The notes: generated from the letters alone by a model not told the origin. DNA of 63,986 nt, filler included, from Intoshia linei (GCA_001642005.1; 4 parts of 4 records of this genome joined end to end with filler, not necessarily neighbours in it); one strand, 5' to 3'; positions 1 through 13,300 are shown, counted from the first letter of the whole stretch. Program-made: numbers and translations.

Positions 1-449
1 TAAAAATATTTTTTTTAATTGTTTTTGATACTTTTTACTATTTAATATTTAATACAATTTATAATACAATAAAATCATTATAACAAAATTTAGTAAATAT
101 CAAAAATCAAAATTTTTTATAATAATGTATATACTATGCATTTGTATAGTCTTAATATTAATATAGCTTCAGAAATTAGTAATTTATTCGAAAAAGGCAC
201 ATTGCAAGCGAAAAGAAATGCGTATTGATCAACTAAACTTGCAAAGAATTTGTATTAAAATTGATAAACAATATAATGTTCTATATTAATAAATTTTACC
301 TTACATTAATTTTTAAATATATGTAACCCTCGATTTGTGTGAATGCAATGTTTCATACATTGTGACAAGTTTCATTGATATGTCTTTCCTCCAGTATTTA
401 TTTTTTTATTTATCATAAATTTGTCTTTAAATATCTATGTTGTATAGAA

Positions 450-1100
450 CAGGAATTCTCAACGGGGTCCACAGCACTTTTTTGGGGGTCTATGAAAATT
501 ATATACATTTATTACATATTATAAACATTTTCAGTAACATAAAGTTTTTAAAACATAAAGGCTCAGAAATACTAATATAAAACGTGCAAATCATGTAAAA
601 ATAAATTCTTTGGTGTTAAATTAAAGTACTTACAAGTGTAAAAACTTATTGGCAAACCTCGATTGTTCTATTTTAAAAGCAGCGGTTTTATTTAATTATT
701 TTATTAAAATTTATGACCGAGCCAAGTTTCCAGTCATAAAAAAAGCTTTAAACTTCAAATTAAAAATATACAAAAAATCAGTCAATATTCATGATTCTAA
801 GAAACATCAACCATGGGATATAAAATATTAATTTTTCACAGGGATGATAGATAATATAGACCTTTTATTGATCTGATAAAATATATAGTAAACAATACCT
901 GAAGAACATGTTCCATTTTTGGAACATTGACAATTTAAAGGTAAATATTAATATTTTATCAAGTTTATCATCTCGCAAAAATAGAGTACTCCATGTCTTT
1001 TGACCATTATTCGTTTCACCCAAATGTAATGATTCATTAAAAATTATCATTATTATTAATTTTTTGGGGATCCACAGTGAAAAAGGGTTGAGAATGCCGG
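450..1100. mobile_element. Non-autonomous hAT-type element (MITE)
   Basis: Ends CAGGAATTCTCAAC...GTTGAGAATGCCGG are imperfect TIRs. 8-bp flanks GTATAGAA (442-449) / GTATAAAA (1101-1108) match 7/8. A related end starts at ~47987 in Hmx intron 3. Confidence 0.7.
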
Positions 1101-1224
1101 GTATAAAATATGTAAAACTATGAAATGTACACATTCTATGGGCAAGTCGTAGAATTTATACAATTCATGCATGACTCGTAAAATGTATAAAATTTTCATT
1201 TATATTTTAATTTTAGTTTAATTT

Positions 1225-1385
1225 TTATTGAACAAAACTCTATGGGTTTCTTTAGAAATTTTTTTTAAACCAAACTTTAAGGGTAGTTTTTTTAGAAATT
1301 TTTTGAACCAAATTTGAATGGGGGTTTTAGGAAATTTTTTTGAACCAAACATTCAAGAGGGGTTTTTAAGAATTTTTTTGGAATT
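1225..1385. repeat. Degenerate ~38-40 bp tandem repeat
   Basis: About 4 units resembling TTTTTGAACCAAA...AGGGGTTTTTAGGAAA; a similar array lies in reverse orientation at ~59150-59260. Confidence 0.55.
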
Positions 1386-1708
1386 TTTGAAACAGAATTT
1401 ATCTATGAATATGTAAATTGGACAAATTTGTATTAGCTGTTTATTTTTGTAATTTTTTTTAAAATTATTGTAGGTCTATTACTTTTTTTAATTTTTAAAA
1501 TTATATGGTAAATATTGGTTTTTAGTATGAAAGTGCAAATGTCTGAAATTTAAATTACTCTTACTTTCTGCAGAGGAAAAAAAATGACTTAGAAATTGTT
1601 TTGTAATTTTCTAAACTGTTTTGTAAATGAATAACTCACTCGGACACATTTTTTGCAAATTTTTTACATAATACAAGGTGGGATATTTTTTTTATTTATT
1701 TTTAAAAA

Positions 1709-1766
1709 AGGGGGTACCAGGACTTGAACCAGGGACCTCTCGATCTGCAATCGAATGCTCTACCGC
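1709..1766 (-). pseudogene. 5'-truncated tRNA-Cys(GCA) pseudogene
   Basis: Minus strand reads GCGGTAGAGCATTCGATTGCAGATCGAGAGGTCCCTGGTTCAAGTCCTGGTACCCCCT followed by a T-run. This covers the 3' D-arm, anticodon arm (GCA), T-arm and 3' acceptor strand of eukaryotic tRNA-Cys; the first ~15 nt are missing. Confidence 0.85.
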
Positions 1767-2279
1767 ATTCGATTTCGACATTCGATATTTGAAAAATCAA
1801 TTATTTAAATGAAAAAGATATACGTAAACGATATTTATAAAACTTTACGAAAATTTTATCTAAATCATTTAATTTATTCATATTTAATATAATTTAACAT
1901 AACATATTTCATATTTAATTCATAACTTAGCACACTGTTAGTTATATATAAAAATGTATGTTAGTCGTTTTATGCGTATTGATTCACAAAAATTGTTGTC
2001 ATGTAGTTTGGTCTATTTTTCGATACAGCTGTTTCAGCAATATATATATACATGTTGGTAAATATCGTCGTATTTAAAAATAACGTCACTTATAAGAGCT
2101 AAATTATTTACTAATACATATTTTATTATATATTTTCTTATTTTTCATATTGTATTTACAAATTATTAAGTTAATATAGATGCAAAAAAGATTCATTGAT
2201 GTTTATTAATCTAAAATCCTGTCTTTCATTGAATTGTTCAGATTTTTAAGATATCAGGAGAAATACTATCCAGTGATTT

Positions 2280-2480
2280 ATAATAGCGGTTTTTAAGCAT
2301 TCTATAAAATAATAATGTGTGTTGTTTCTGGAGGTTATACCCTATAGGTTTTCGATCGGTTGAGGAAGGGTGACATAATTCCATAGTAAAAATACAATAT
2401 TAATTTCTTCAAAATATGCCTTTGCCAATCTTGATTCATGGATTGACGCATTATCTTGTTGATATACGTACATCTAATTG
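2280..2480 (-). mobile_element. Decayed Tc1-like transposase fragment
   Basis: Minus-strand translation YVYQQDNASIHESRLAKAYFEE...PQPIENL* matches the Tc1 DD34E core (QQDNAxxH...NPIENLW), with stops. Confidence 0.65.
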
Positions 2481-3819
2481 ATCCCTGTGTAGTAGTAGAT
2501 TATTCGAAATTAAATTCTAATAACAAATCCGAGTTCAACAACAACAATTATACTTTTTTTAAAATTCAAACCGGTCCTAGAATTATAAAAAATACACAAT
2601 CTGATAAAGATTATAAAACTATTAACATTTTATAAATTTTAATTTCAAAATCTTAAATCTTCACGACTAAAACCACAAATTACCCTTTTTTTAAATATGA
2701 AAAATGTCCTAGATTTTTATGCAACATTAATTGTGGCATAGGTTTTAAAATCATAAAGTCAAAATTATTTAATGTTGATTTAATTGTTTTTAAGGAAAAT
2801 AACACGTTTTAACCGGTACAAGTAAGAGACCAAATTAATCATATCACAAAAATGAAGATTACATTGCGAAAGCGCTATGCTTTTAAATATGCCATACATT
2901 AATAAATTAATTAATGTGTACGTTAGTAATATCAACGTTATTTGCCTTTTAATATTTCTTAAATTAATTTAAAAAGTAATTTTTCCCGTCAAATTTTTAA
3001 CGGATTTATACAAATATCGAAATTTAAACTAAAATACCTGGAGCCCCTAAAATTGAGTGGAAAATAATGCGCATCATTTTCAATTGCAGTGTAAATTTGT
3101 AAAAATTGTACTTACTATGATTTACGACAACTATTTGTTCTATTAATTATTATACAACGTAGTACGTTGAACGTACTCCAGAATTTAGATTACACACGAT
3201 AAATACAATATGTTACATTTAAAAATTGAGTCGAAATATATAAAAAAATCAAAATTACAAATATTGAATATTAAATGTAGTGCACGGATATTTAATATGC
3301 GTTATGAAATGAAATTATAATTTCGACCTCGAATCAATTACACACAATTCAACAATATAATGTAACGCTACACTTAATCAACTTGATTTAATCGAGTGAC
3401 TCGATAACGTAACTTGATGAAAATATTGGACATGGTTACTTGAACATATCTTATGTTTAAAAGCGTAAATGGAATACTGTAGCTACTGAATACTTGGAGA
3501 CATTGTCAAGAATTGTAAATATAGAAATAAGTGAATAGAGCACATACATAATTTATATTAATTATTCAAAATAATAACGCATGTGTTTTTGTCTGGCACA
3601 ATTAGTAGATTAAATTAAAAATACATTATTTCACCTACTATTATTACATTTTATATTTTAAAAACGAAATATGTTAAGTTGATGATGTTGCTACAAACCA
3701 GTTGTTTGAACACAATATTTGATTATACAATTCTAATAGAAACAAAGATACTATAAATATATTTGATAATATATTTTGCATTTTTGATATTTCAATACAA
3801 ATTATTACTTCTAAACAAT

Positions 3820-6800
3820 ATGACAATAAGCATATTGTCATTTATAAAAGAGTATGGAAGCGAGACCTTAAATTTGATTAGAGATAATAAAGTTAAAAGA
3901 CTTCGGCATTTATTGGATCGAAAATTACGATCGAAGGATCTTATAGGCCGACTTTTTACATGTAATATAAAGCATAAACCTTCCAAGAAGGTGATATGTC
4001 CAATTATGCTTGCAGCACGACTTCCAGATCCGAATATGCTTCAATTGATGATTGAATATGGTGTAGATGTAAATTATATTCACCAATCCTATTCATTTGG
4101 TGGTTCAAACTCTGAAAATGCAAACAGGTCAATGGATGCCGGAGCACATGCTCCATTGAAACCTATGTCTATTACCACTTCGAGAGAAATTGCTTATTCA
4201 CATCAAAACCGCAAAATTGCTTTATCGACACCTCTCCATGTTGCAACTGAATTGTCTCTATATTCTAATGTTGAGTTATTATTAGAAAAACACGCGAATC
4301 CTGATCCACGTGATCATAATGGTGAAACACCACTTCATATTGCAGTTAGAACAGGAGATATAATTATGGTCAGAATGTTATTATACCGAGGTGCTGATAC
4401 ACGCAATATTGATTCCATTTACAATTCACCCATTCATTGGGCAACTCTTTATGGTCATAGAGGTCTAGTTGAATTGTTAGTTAAATACGATGCAGACATT
4501 TATCAAAAATCCGGTAATCGACTAGGTGGTTTGATTCCAATTCATATTGCCTCTAGAGAGGGACATACTCATTTAATTGAATATTTCAGTTCATATGACA
4601 AAAATTCACCGCATCTTAAAATTTCTTGTTATGGGGATACAATTGAGCAAATGCCAATACATTTAGCCGCATTGCATGGTCACATTCAATGTGTAGAGTA
4701 CATGTACGAAAAACATTACGTTGATTTAGGCATTACAGATTCAAATTATAATACGCCTCTTCATCTTGTCCTAATTCGCCCACATGCTATGCATTCAATG
4801 CAAAATAAGAGCAAATTTATTGAAACTGCGGTACTTTCTTAAAATTATTTTATTAAAGTTAATATTTTCTTATTATATTTTAGATATACCTCATCAATAA
4901 ATGCCCAGAAGTAATTCATTATTCTAAATTATGATCAATTTTATTTAAATCAGTGGTTAACAAAAAGGCTGTATGTAATATACTGTATATATTTTTGAAT
5001 TTACTTTTTATACATACCCAATATTTACTAAAGATAGGATTTGTAAATTTGTTTAAATTATAGGGCTTTTTTCATTAAAAAAAAAGGGTCATTTGGGGTT
5101 TTGGCCCTGAAGATATATTTTTTTTTAATTGACGAACTTGTTTGATTTTCAAAAAAAGGACATTGGTCTTTTTGACTTGTAAGCTGTAAGTTTGGGAGGT
5201 TGAAATTTATTTTGCTAACACCCCGGAAAAACTTTAATTGAAATGTGGACTTTATAAAATTTTAAGACTGGTAGTTACTGAAATAAACGGTAACACACAC
5301 ACAAAAAAATACTGCATAGCATATTATATAAGTAAGGATTAATTAGCAAAATCGACGATTAGGTCGCTCAACTGAAAGTCACCTTAAAAACAAACATTCG
5401 AAAACCATTTTTACATAATTTTTAATTTGCAAGAATTTATAGTTTACATTAGAATAATTATAATAATAAAAATAATAACAGTCAAACTTTTTTCCTTAAA
5501 CTTAAACTTCATCGCGTGCGCAAGGATAAAAATCCTATTTTATGTTTCTGTAGGATCATTAATTATTAATATTTTTTAATTAATTGTTTTAACATAAAGG
5601 CATAACATTGTGAGATTGAAATTTTTTTTGTATCTTAAGTTAAAAACCGTATTAGCTGTGTTTATTTTAATTGTAGACTACTATTTTTTTATTTTTTTAA
5701 AATAATAAGAGTTTGTGGTTTGACGGTGAAGGTGCAGGCTTTTGATGTTTCTATTTATCGTAATACTCACGATTCAAAAAAAAGTCTAAAAATTTGTGTT
5801 TTTTAACATTCAGGACTGTATTTTTAAAAAAGTGCAACTTGGAATTTTGACAGGATAGGTGCAAATTTTTTAGATTAAAATTAATTGTATTATCTGCGCC
5901 AGAAAAATTTTATTGGAAACTTTTGTTTTTTAAATCTCTGGGCCGATCTGTGTTGTAATAAATAGTTATACATACAGACAAATAAACAGCAAATACTGAT
6001 TTTAACAACTTTTAATTTATATAATTAAGGAATATATTATTATTTTCAATAGATGATACCGCTTTAATTAAAAAACCCATTGTTTTAAAAAAATGTTGAA
6101 TAAAATATAAAATATACATATTTAATTTTAGAGTGTAAACGGTCGAAATAATAATGGTGACACACCATTGCATTTAGCTGCTGCAAATTCGTTTAGAACA
6201 GTAGTAGAACATTTATTGAAGCGAGACGCAAATCCATTCTCACTAAATGATAGAAATTTACAACCCATAAATTATGTATCAAATGAAGATCCTGTAACAA
6301 TACAATTATTAGAAATGGGAATGAACGACTATCGTCTAAAAGACAAGCGTGATTCAACCCCTAAATTGGAAATTAAATCACACAAAAATAATTTATTTAA
6401 TGAAAAAGAGGAACAAAATAACTATAAAAAGGACATTGACGCTGAAAATGTATTTTTGCCAAATTCAAACTCAACAGACTATAAAGAAAATTTTATTCCA
6501 AATCAAAACACTGCAAACTTGTCAAACCGTCTAAAAATGTCCGAGTCTACATATAAAAAAAATTTACCGACAAATGAAGAATTTGGGTTAATTGATAATA
6601 CGTTAGAAGGTGAACCTTTAGGAACCCCAATAGAATCAAAAGTTGTAAGATTCCCATCAAAAATAAAACGAATTGATGTAAACATTCAAGACGTAAATGA
6701 CACGTTTGAAATGACAAATATTAATGAAAAATTTAAAGAAATTGATGATTCTTTGATTAAGAAGAATAAATCGACATCAGACAGTCACAAACCTCATTCA

Positions 6801-9800
6801 GATTACAGGTGCGTAAATTATGAAAAATTTAATAGTAATTTAACTTTCAGAGACTATGAAGAGAATTTCAACAAGGATAACTATCGTATCGTATCCCCGA
6901 CTTCTCATTTAAATAACCAGTCGAATGATTATATAACATCTTTAATGGGTTCAAAAGAACGGGTGGTTGAAAACATTCAAAATGAAACAAGGGATTATGT
7001 ATTGGTTAATACTTCAACTGATTATAAAATACCAACCTTAAACCAGTCCATAATATCAAATGATCAATTTAGAAATGATGCTCAAAATAATCGATTTTGT
7101 CAAATGAGACCAAACGTTGAGGTACGTGATATTGAGGGTATTACAGATTTAAGACAGAAAAAGATAATTCCAAGTACACGTTGCAGATCTGGAAGTAGAA
7201 CCATTGTTAGTGATGGATATTCGCTGAACAATACTCCATATTCTAACCAATATGATGATTCGAATGATGATCATATATCTTCTCCCACAGGTGAGGTTAA
7301 AATGTCGTCAGATTTTAAGATTTCCTCGGATGGGTTGGATACTAATAATAATAATTCAAAAAATAATAATGTATCCTCCCAACCAAATGTGCCACATTAC
7401 GAAGGATATCGTTGCAAAAGTTTTACTGACGACCAATCAATGCGACCCAAGACTTTACAATCTTCCGCTTGTAGCAATGATTTATCTCAGAGTGTCACTG
7501 AGCAAAATTTAAACTCATCAGTTTTCAAGGATGAAAGCAATTTCGATAGCAACTATAATTACCACACTGATTCTTCTTATATACGAAACGTGTCGGAGAG
7601 TATATATGGCAAAGGAAAATGTAAATCCAATCAGGCAAAATCAAGCTCAAAGCATAACCTATCCGTTACTTTTTCTGAGAATATCAAAGTTGTAGATATA
7701 GATAATGATGACGATATCGTTGAAAGTGCAAAAAGTTTTGATAATGTGGATGATTATAAACGAACTAGTTCCCCTCTTCAATACACTTATAAAAAATTTA
7801 CCGAAAATTCTCAATTCTCTCAGCAACCTCAAAAATTTAAAAATTCAAAAGAAATTTACATACATTCTAACAATTCAAATTTACAACACCCTAAAATGGT
7901 ACCAGAATATAAACAAAAACCATTCATGAAGAAATCAAATTTGAAATCTAGCTCTGTTTCTACGTCTCATTCAACTTCAGATTCGGATTACGATTTATTG
8001 GATGTTAAAGATTATAATACACAAACTAATAATATTAAACGTGATTCATATAACCGTTCATCCACAATTGACGATTATAAAAGCCGCTATGACGAATTTC
8101 GATTTCCTAAAGATGAACCATTGGACGACTGTAGAAATCCATACATTCATAAAATGATGAAACCAATTTTTGAAAAAAAACGTGAAAAAAGCAATATCAA
8201 GGAAGCCAGAGTTAATGACAACGTTTATGATACTGTTGTAAAACTGAATCCAAGCCAAGTTCCCGAAAAAATGAAAAATTTAAGTTACAATTCAAATGTC
8301 AATAATGAAAATAATCGCTCCACAATAAGGAATAATGCAGTTAATGAAAAGTCTCACCATAAAGCTAGACAAGATATATCAAACGTTGAAAATGAACCCA
8401 GTTTTAATAGTATCGTAGACACTGAAGGATATACTAATCGAAATTATGATGATTCCATTAAATATAGAAACAATGTGTATAAAAGTGAATCAAATATATT
8501 TAAACATCACGTTCGCAAAAGAAATTTGGGAATAAAATTAAAACAAGAGAAAGAGTATACTGTTAACAATTTTGATAATATTGAAACAAGTAAAATATAT
8601 ACAAATGACCCAAAACGACAACAGGATGCAATTTATACACTTAAAGAATTGAGCCAATCTGGAATTTTTGGAGAAAGTAAAACTAAAAAAAAGGAAAAAT
8701 TTGATACCATAGAAACAAGTGAAAAAATTGACGTATCTAAAAAGAATGAATATAGTATCAACAGAAATGTACCCAACAAACGAAGTAAAAGACGATACAG
8801 TTTAACGGATAAAATTAAATATAATAAAAATACAACCAAATCAGTAGATAATGTAAATTTTGTGAATAATATTTCACAACATTCTTCACCAAGACATTCT
8901 GTTCCAGACAATCACTTTTTAAATGATTCAGGTAAAAATGTGTTTAATGATGTTGGTAAAATCAAAGACTCTAATAAATTGGAAGCTTTTTGGATAAAAA
9001 CTTGTCGACTTTCTAAAAAAAGTTACGCCAAAAATAAAAAGTTGCAAATTTTTATAGTTGAAAATGAATTTGATTTACCTGAAAGGTATTTTTATTCTCT
9101 TGGACAAAACAATTCAAGGCCGCTTTTTATTGCCAAATCTGTTAAAGGTATCCATTTTTTTTAATTTAACATCGTTTCACATCCTTACTTATATAATATG
9201 CTTTGTGTGTGTGTTATCGTTTATTTCAATAACTACCAGTCTTAGTTATATTTATAATTATATAAGTAAGGATACGCAAATAACCCATTAATAATTAGTA
9301 ACAATAAGTTAACAATATATATGACTAACACTGTTTTTAGATGAAAAAAAGTTTACAATAACATTTCGATTAGGAACGGATTGGAAAACTTTAGTTTCAA
9401 CTCTATTTAACCGATCAATACGCCAATCAGAAATGACAAATTTCTGTCGTGACATAAAAACAAAATGCGGTGGATATGTAAACAAAGAAATAATTGAATT
9501 ATTTCAACGTTGGATGAACATTATGGGTAGTGAAAAAGCAAACATTTCAAATCTTTATGAAATTTTGAAAAGATGTCAAATTCAATTTTATGACACACGA
9601 ATGTCTATTGCTACAATAGCAAAGATGATTCCACGTCACAGCATTTCCAATATTCCAAAGAGAATGAATAATGATGATAGGAATGCAAGCTTTTCGGAAG
9701 AATATTTTAAATCTCAAACACATTTATCTGAATTTAATGGTTCTTTTAATGACGTCCAAAAACTAAACCAATCTTTCTCTGCTTTTACCATTCCTACCTT

Positions 9801-9878
9801 TGATGAAGCTAAATCTATTTATTCCAGGAATAATGTAACTTTTTTATTTTTCATTTTGAACTCATTTTTTAGATTTGA
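3820..9878 (+). CDS. Ankyrin-repeat protein with ~950-aa low-complexity linker and C-terminal death domain
   Basis: Exons 3820-4830, 4884-4910, 6132-9147, 9341-9834, 9873-9878; all GT-AG and phase-consistent (last exon tentative). Multiple ANK repeats (TPLHVA, GETPLHIAV, SPIHWA, GDTPLHLAA). Exon 4 reads LGTDWKTLVSTLF...EIIELFQRWMNIMGSEKANISNLYEILKRC, a death-domain pattern. Confidence 0.85.
5040..5339 (-). mobile_element. Helitron-like non-autonomous element (5' end A|TCCTTACTTATATAA, TG microsatellite, internal repeats)
   Basis: Same terminal motif at 9181(+), 9273(-), ~11987(+), ~31093(-), ~45311(-). Internal repeat units recur at ~2560-2700, 5520-5960, 12290-12860, 55260-55400, 58930-59600. 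A 5'-TC start after A fits Helitrons; the family assignment is inference. Confidence 0.55.
9181..9273. repeat. 93-bp element bounded by 17-bp inverted repeats, in intron 3 of the ANK gene
   Basis: ATCCTTACTTATATAAT (9181-9197) ... ATTATATAAGTAAGGAT (9257-9273); 9181-9244 is an inverted copy of ~5263-5339. Confidence 0.75.
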
Positions 9879-10330
9879 ATCACAATATAGTACTAATTTA
9901 TACATGTAAATTTTCTAATATTCGGTTATTGTCGATAATTTCATTATTTATTTTATCTAATAAATGATTACATTTGTTTTTATTTGATTTATTTTATCCC
10001 ATTATTATCAGGATATGTATGACCTCATTTCCTATTAAAACTTTAAATACAGTGCTGAATCAGCTCTGTTGATACCGCAAAAATATTTATTTGTATTCTC
10101 CGACAATAAATAAAATTGAGAAAATATATTTTTCATAGAATTTTTACTTTACTTTGAAAAATAATTTTCTCAATAAAATATTTTATGACAATACAATTTT
10201 TAAACTATGTCAACAATATCCTAGGTAAAATAAAGTTATAATAATACTAATCTGATTAAACAACAGTAGAATTTTAAAAATAAAATATTTAACAATATTA
10301 AAATAATGTTTATATTCAAATGAAATAAAA

Positions 10331-13300
10331 ATGAACGCACAAAGAGTTGACTCTAGTAAAATCAACAGAGTTAAAAATGTCATCATTTGTCAAAAATGTA
10401 AACTTCCTTTAGATGTCAGTGAAACAAATGAATTTGATGATTCGACTCAAATTTATAAAAAATTGGGTAAAAATTACCAACTTTTTACTTTTTTTACATT
10501 TTAATAATAGGATTTAAAGACACTCAACAAAATGAAGAAATTTTACAAGTACATTTTTAAATTTACACTCAAATCTCCGTTGTTAGCTCGGTTCGTTTTT
10601 TAATTCTAGCTCATTTATTTTGGCCTTTACAAAATACATTTTGAGTGGACTATAAACTTTATCTATACTTTTTGGGGTTAATTATGAGAAATTAATATAT
10701 TAACCATTTCACTGTCTGTATTCAGAGCTAGCCAACTAGTCTCATTTTATAAAATTTTCTCATTGAGTAACACGAGAAAACTCATTTTCAATTTAAACAA
10801 TGCATGATATTTCAATACAAGATCATTTTATACTTAAGTGCATTTAATGCTATGACACTTTCAAAAGAAACAAGCTTATTATTTTTAATCTCAGGCTAAT
10901 ATAAATTTTAATTAATGTAATATTAATAATTATCAAATCAACAATGTTAAATTTATTTATTTATTTTGTTAACAAATTTTTAATTTTTAAATAGTCTTTT
11001 TTTGTTATCAAACACAATGCAAAGCATTTTTGCTTAATATGTGAAAAACATTTTTCTTTGAACAAATACAATGCAGAAAGGCATTTCTTAACAAAACATA
11101 AGCATGTTGTTTCGAAAAATCAGATATCTCAAAAAAATGCTTATGCAATGTAATAATGTGTATAATATCAAAAAATGTGATGAAATGTTCGGAAAGTTTA
11201 ATAACGCAATAAAAGAAACTCAAGGTGATAAAATTGCATATAAAATAGCAATGACTTTAGCCAAACACTGTAAGCCTTTACAGGATTGTCTGATTATGAG
11301 TTACACAAGAAGGGAGGGTTAAAAGGACAGAAGGGTAAAGGGATAATACTTATTTTACCCTAGTAGGCCTTTTAATGTGGTGGGGTAAGGGAGATACCTA
11401 AATAAATGAGCTAGAACTGAATTTAAAAAAAAATGGTCCACAGAACGTTGGAAACCATCAAAGTAATTACAACTATAACAACCAAGCCAACTATAATTTT
11501 AAATAACATAAAGTTGTCTTTATACTCATCTTAACATTTTATTATTAATTTTAATAATTTACATTTGATATGAGTAAATATTAACCGATTTCATTTTAAC
11601 ACGTTGTTTAAAATGAAAAAATAAAGTTATATGCAAAATGGATTTTTATAGTTTTAAAAAAAGTATCAAAACTGGTCACCCTATTGTACAAAAGTAGCTA
11701 GCTCTACCGAGTGTGGACCTTTGCAAATTTTAGTTTTTCAGATATTGAAACTTGTATTTTTACGATTAAATTTATAATTTTACTCTTTAAAATTGATAAT
11801 ACAAATCAATACAACGATAATCCTTTACTAAAGTGGCCAGAAAAATATGTACTATCACTTTTAGTTTATTTGGAATAAATTTTAAGCCGAAAATTTTTAT
11901 TCGTCATCATTAATAAGTAGTTTTGGCTTTACATTTATTATCAAATTAACTAAAATTGATAATACGTATTTTTTCTGGCCACTTTACCTTTACTTATATC
12001 AAATTAAATGTGTTACATTGTTGTATTACATATATTTAAATGTATTTGTAACGATTGGCAGATAAGAACTCTGATAAGTTCATCTTAAATATGAAGATGT
12101 CCAAATCTTGATTCGAACCTAACTACGCAGAATACAATAATATGACTATAACCACTCTGCCAGTTAGACATCACAAATGAGTTATATCTAAATTATATAT
12201 TCGAATCTCGGTTAGTATGATAGCGATATATCACTATAGTATTTAAATATTAATACAGTTTTTCGCAGGTATGTTGATATATATTTTTCAGTTTTCGAAC
12301 TTCAGACCAAAAAGTCCTTCAGGGCCAAAAACACAATTTACCCTTTTTTTAAAAGATAATGTCAGCCCAGAAATTTAATAAAACATAAATCCTGGGACGC
12401 GTTATAAATTCATTAAGATTTTCGTAAATCTCAGCCACAGAAACGCCCACCGTCATGGCAAAACCACAATTTACCATTTGTATTAAACATGAAGCATGCT
12501 AAAAGTTAGCTAATATTTTAGCTCGAAAATCTCTATAATAAAAAATCTTAATATTGATTGTACTTAACATAATTTGTTAATTTCTTCTATATTGAACATT
12601 TTTTTTAATTTGATATTTTGACATTCATCTTTGGAGAATTTATTGTAGTCCTAGAATTAAAAAAAAACAACTATTGATAACGCTATATATAGTTAACACA
12701 AAACATTTCAATTTGACAAAGTGACGCCTTCACAATCAAAAACGCACTTTAGTATTCATTTCTTTCGAAACTATTTTATAACAAAAAATTTGAAATAATT
12801 AACGGTCCTACAATTAAAAAAGAGATATTATTTGATACAAATTATTCAAATTGATCTCGATGCAATATTTCAAAAATGTTTGCCTTCGGCAGAGCTGTTT
12901 TGTATGCAGTACATATTATGTTTTGTTAATGTATTTCACTCCGTCCACTTATTTTAAAGACAACATGATATTATGACAGATTCCTCATTAATAAAGAAAT
13001 ATTTTTGAAAATTGACATGCAGTATAAGCACGTCACAACGTTGCAACCATCTAAAATTATTTTTGAAAAAACCAAAATAAAAAAGTTAAAATCACAATAA
13101 ATAAGGTGTTTACAATTATAACAACACTAACTTTTATTATTATTACTACATAAATTACATAATGATTGTTTTCAAAAGCAATGATTATAGTCAATTCGCT
13201 ACTCTCCTACCTTCAATATTTCGATTGCACTATTTGAACTGAGTTTGGCGGTTTAATAAACGTTGCATTGAGTGAGTCAGTGATGGTTCGCCATGTACTT

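Noticed and set aside
649-1134. Short ORFs 649-831 and 865-1134, and most other 60-100 aa ORFs in the track
   Set aside because: AT-rich I/F/L/K-biased translations within repeats or introns, or antisense/off-frame shadows of real exons.
6168-9164. 998-aa ORF as a stand-alone or horizontally acquired gene
   Set aside because: It begins mid-ankyrin repeat and has in-phase splice sites at 6132 and 9147; it is an internal exon.
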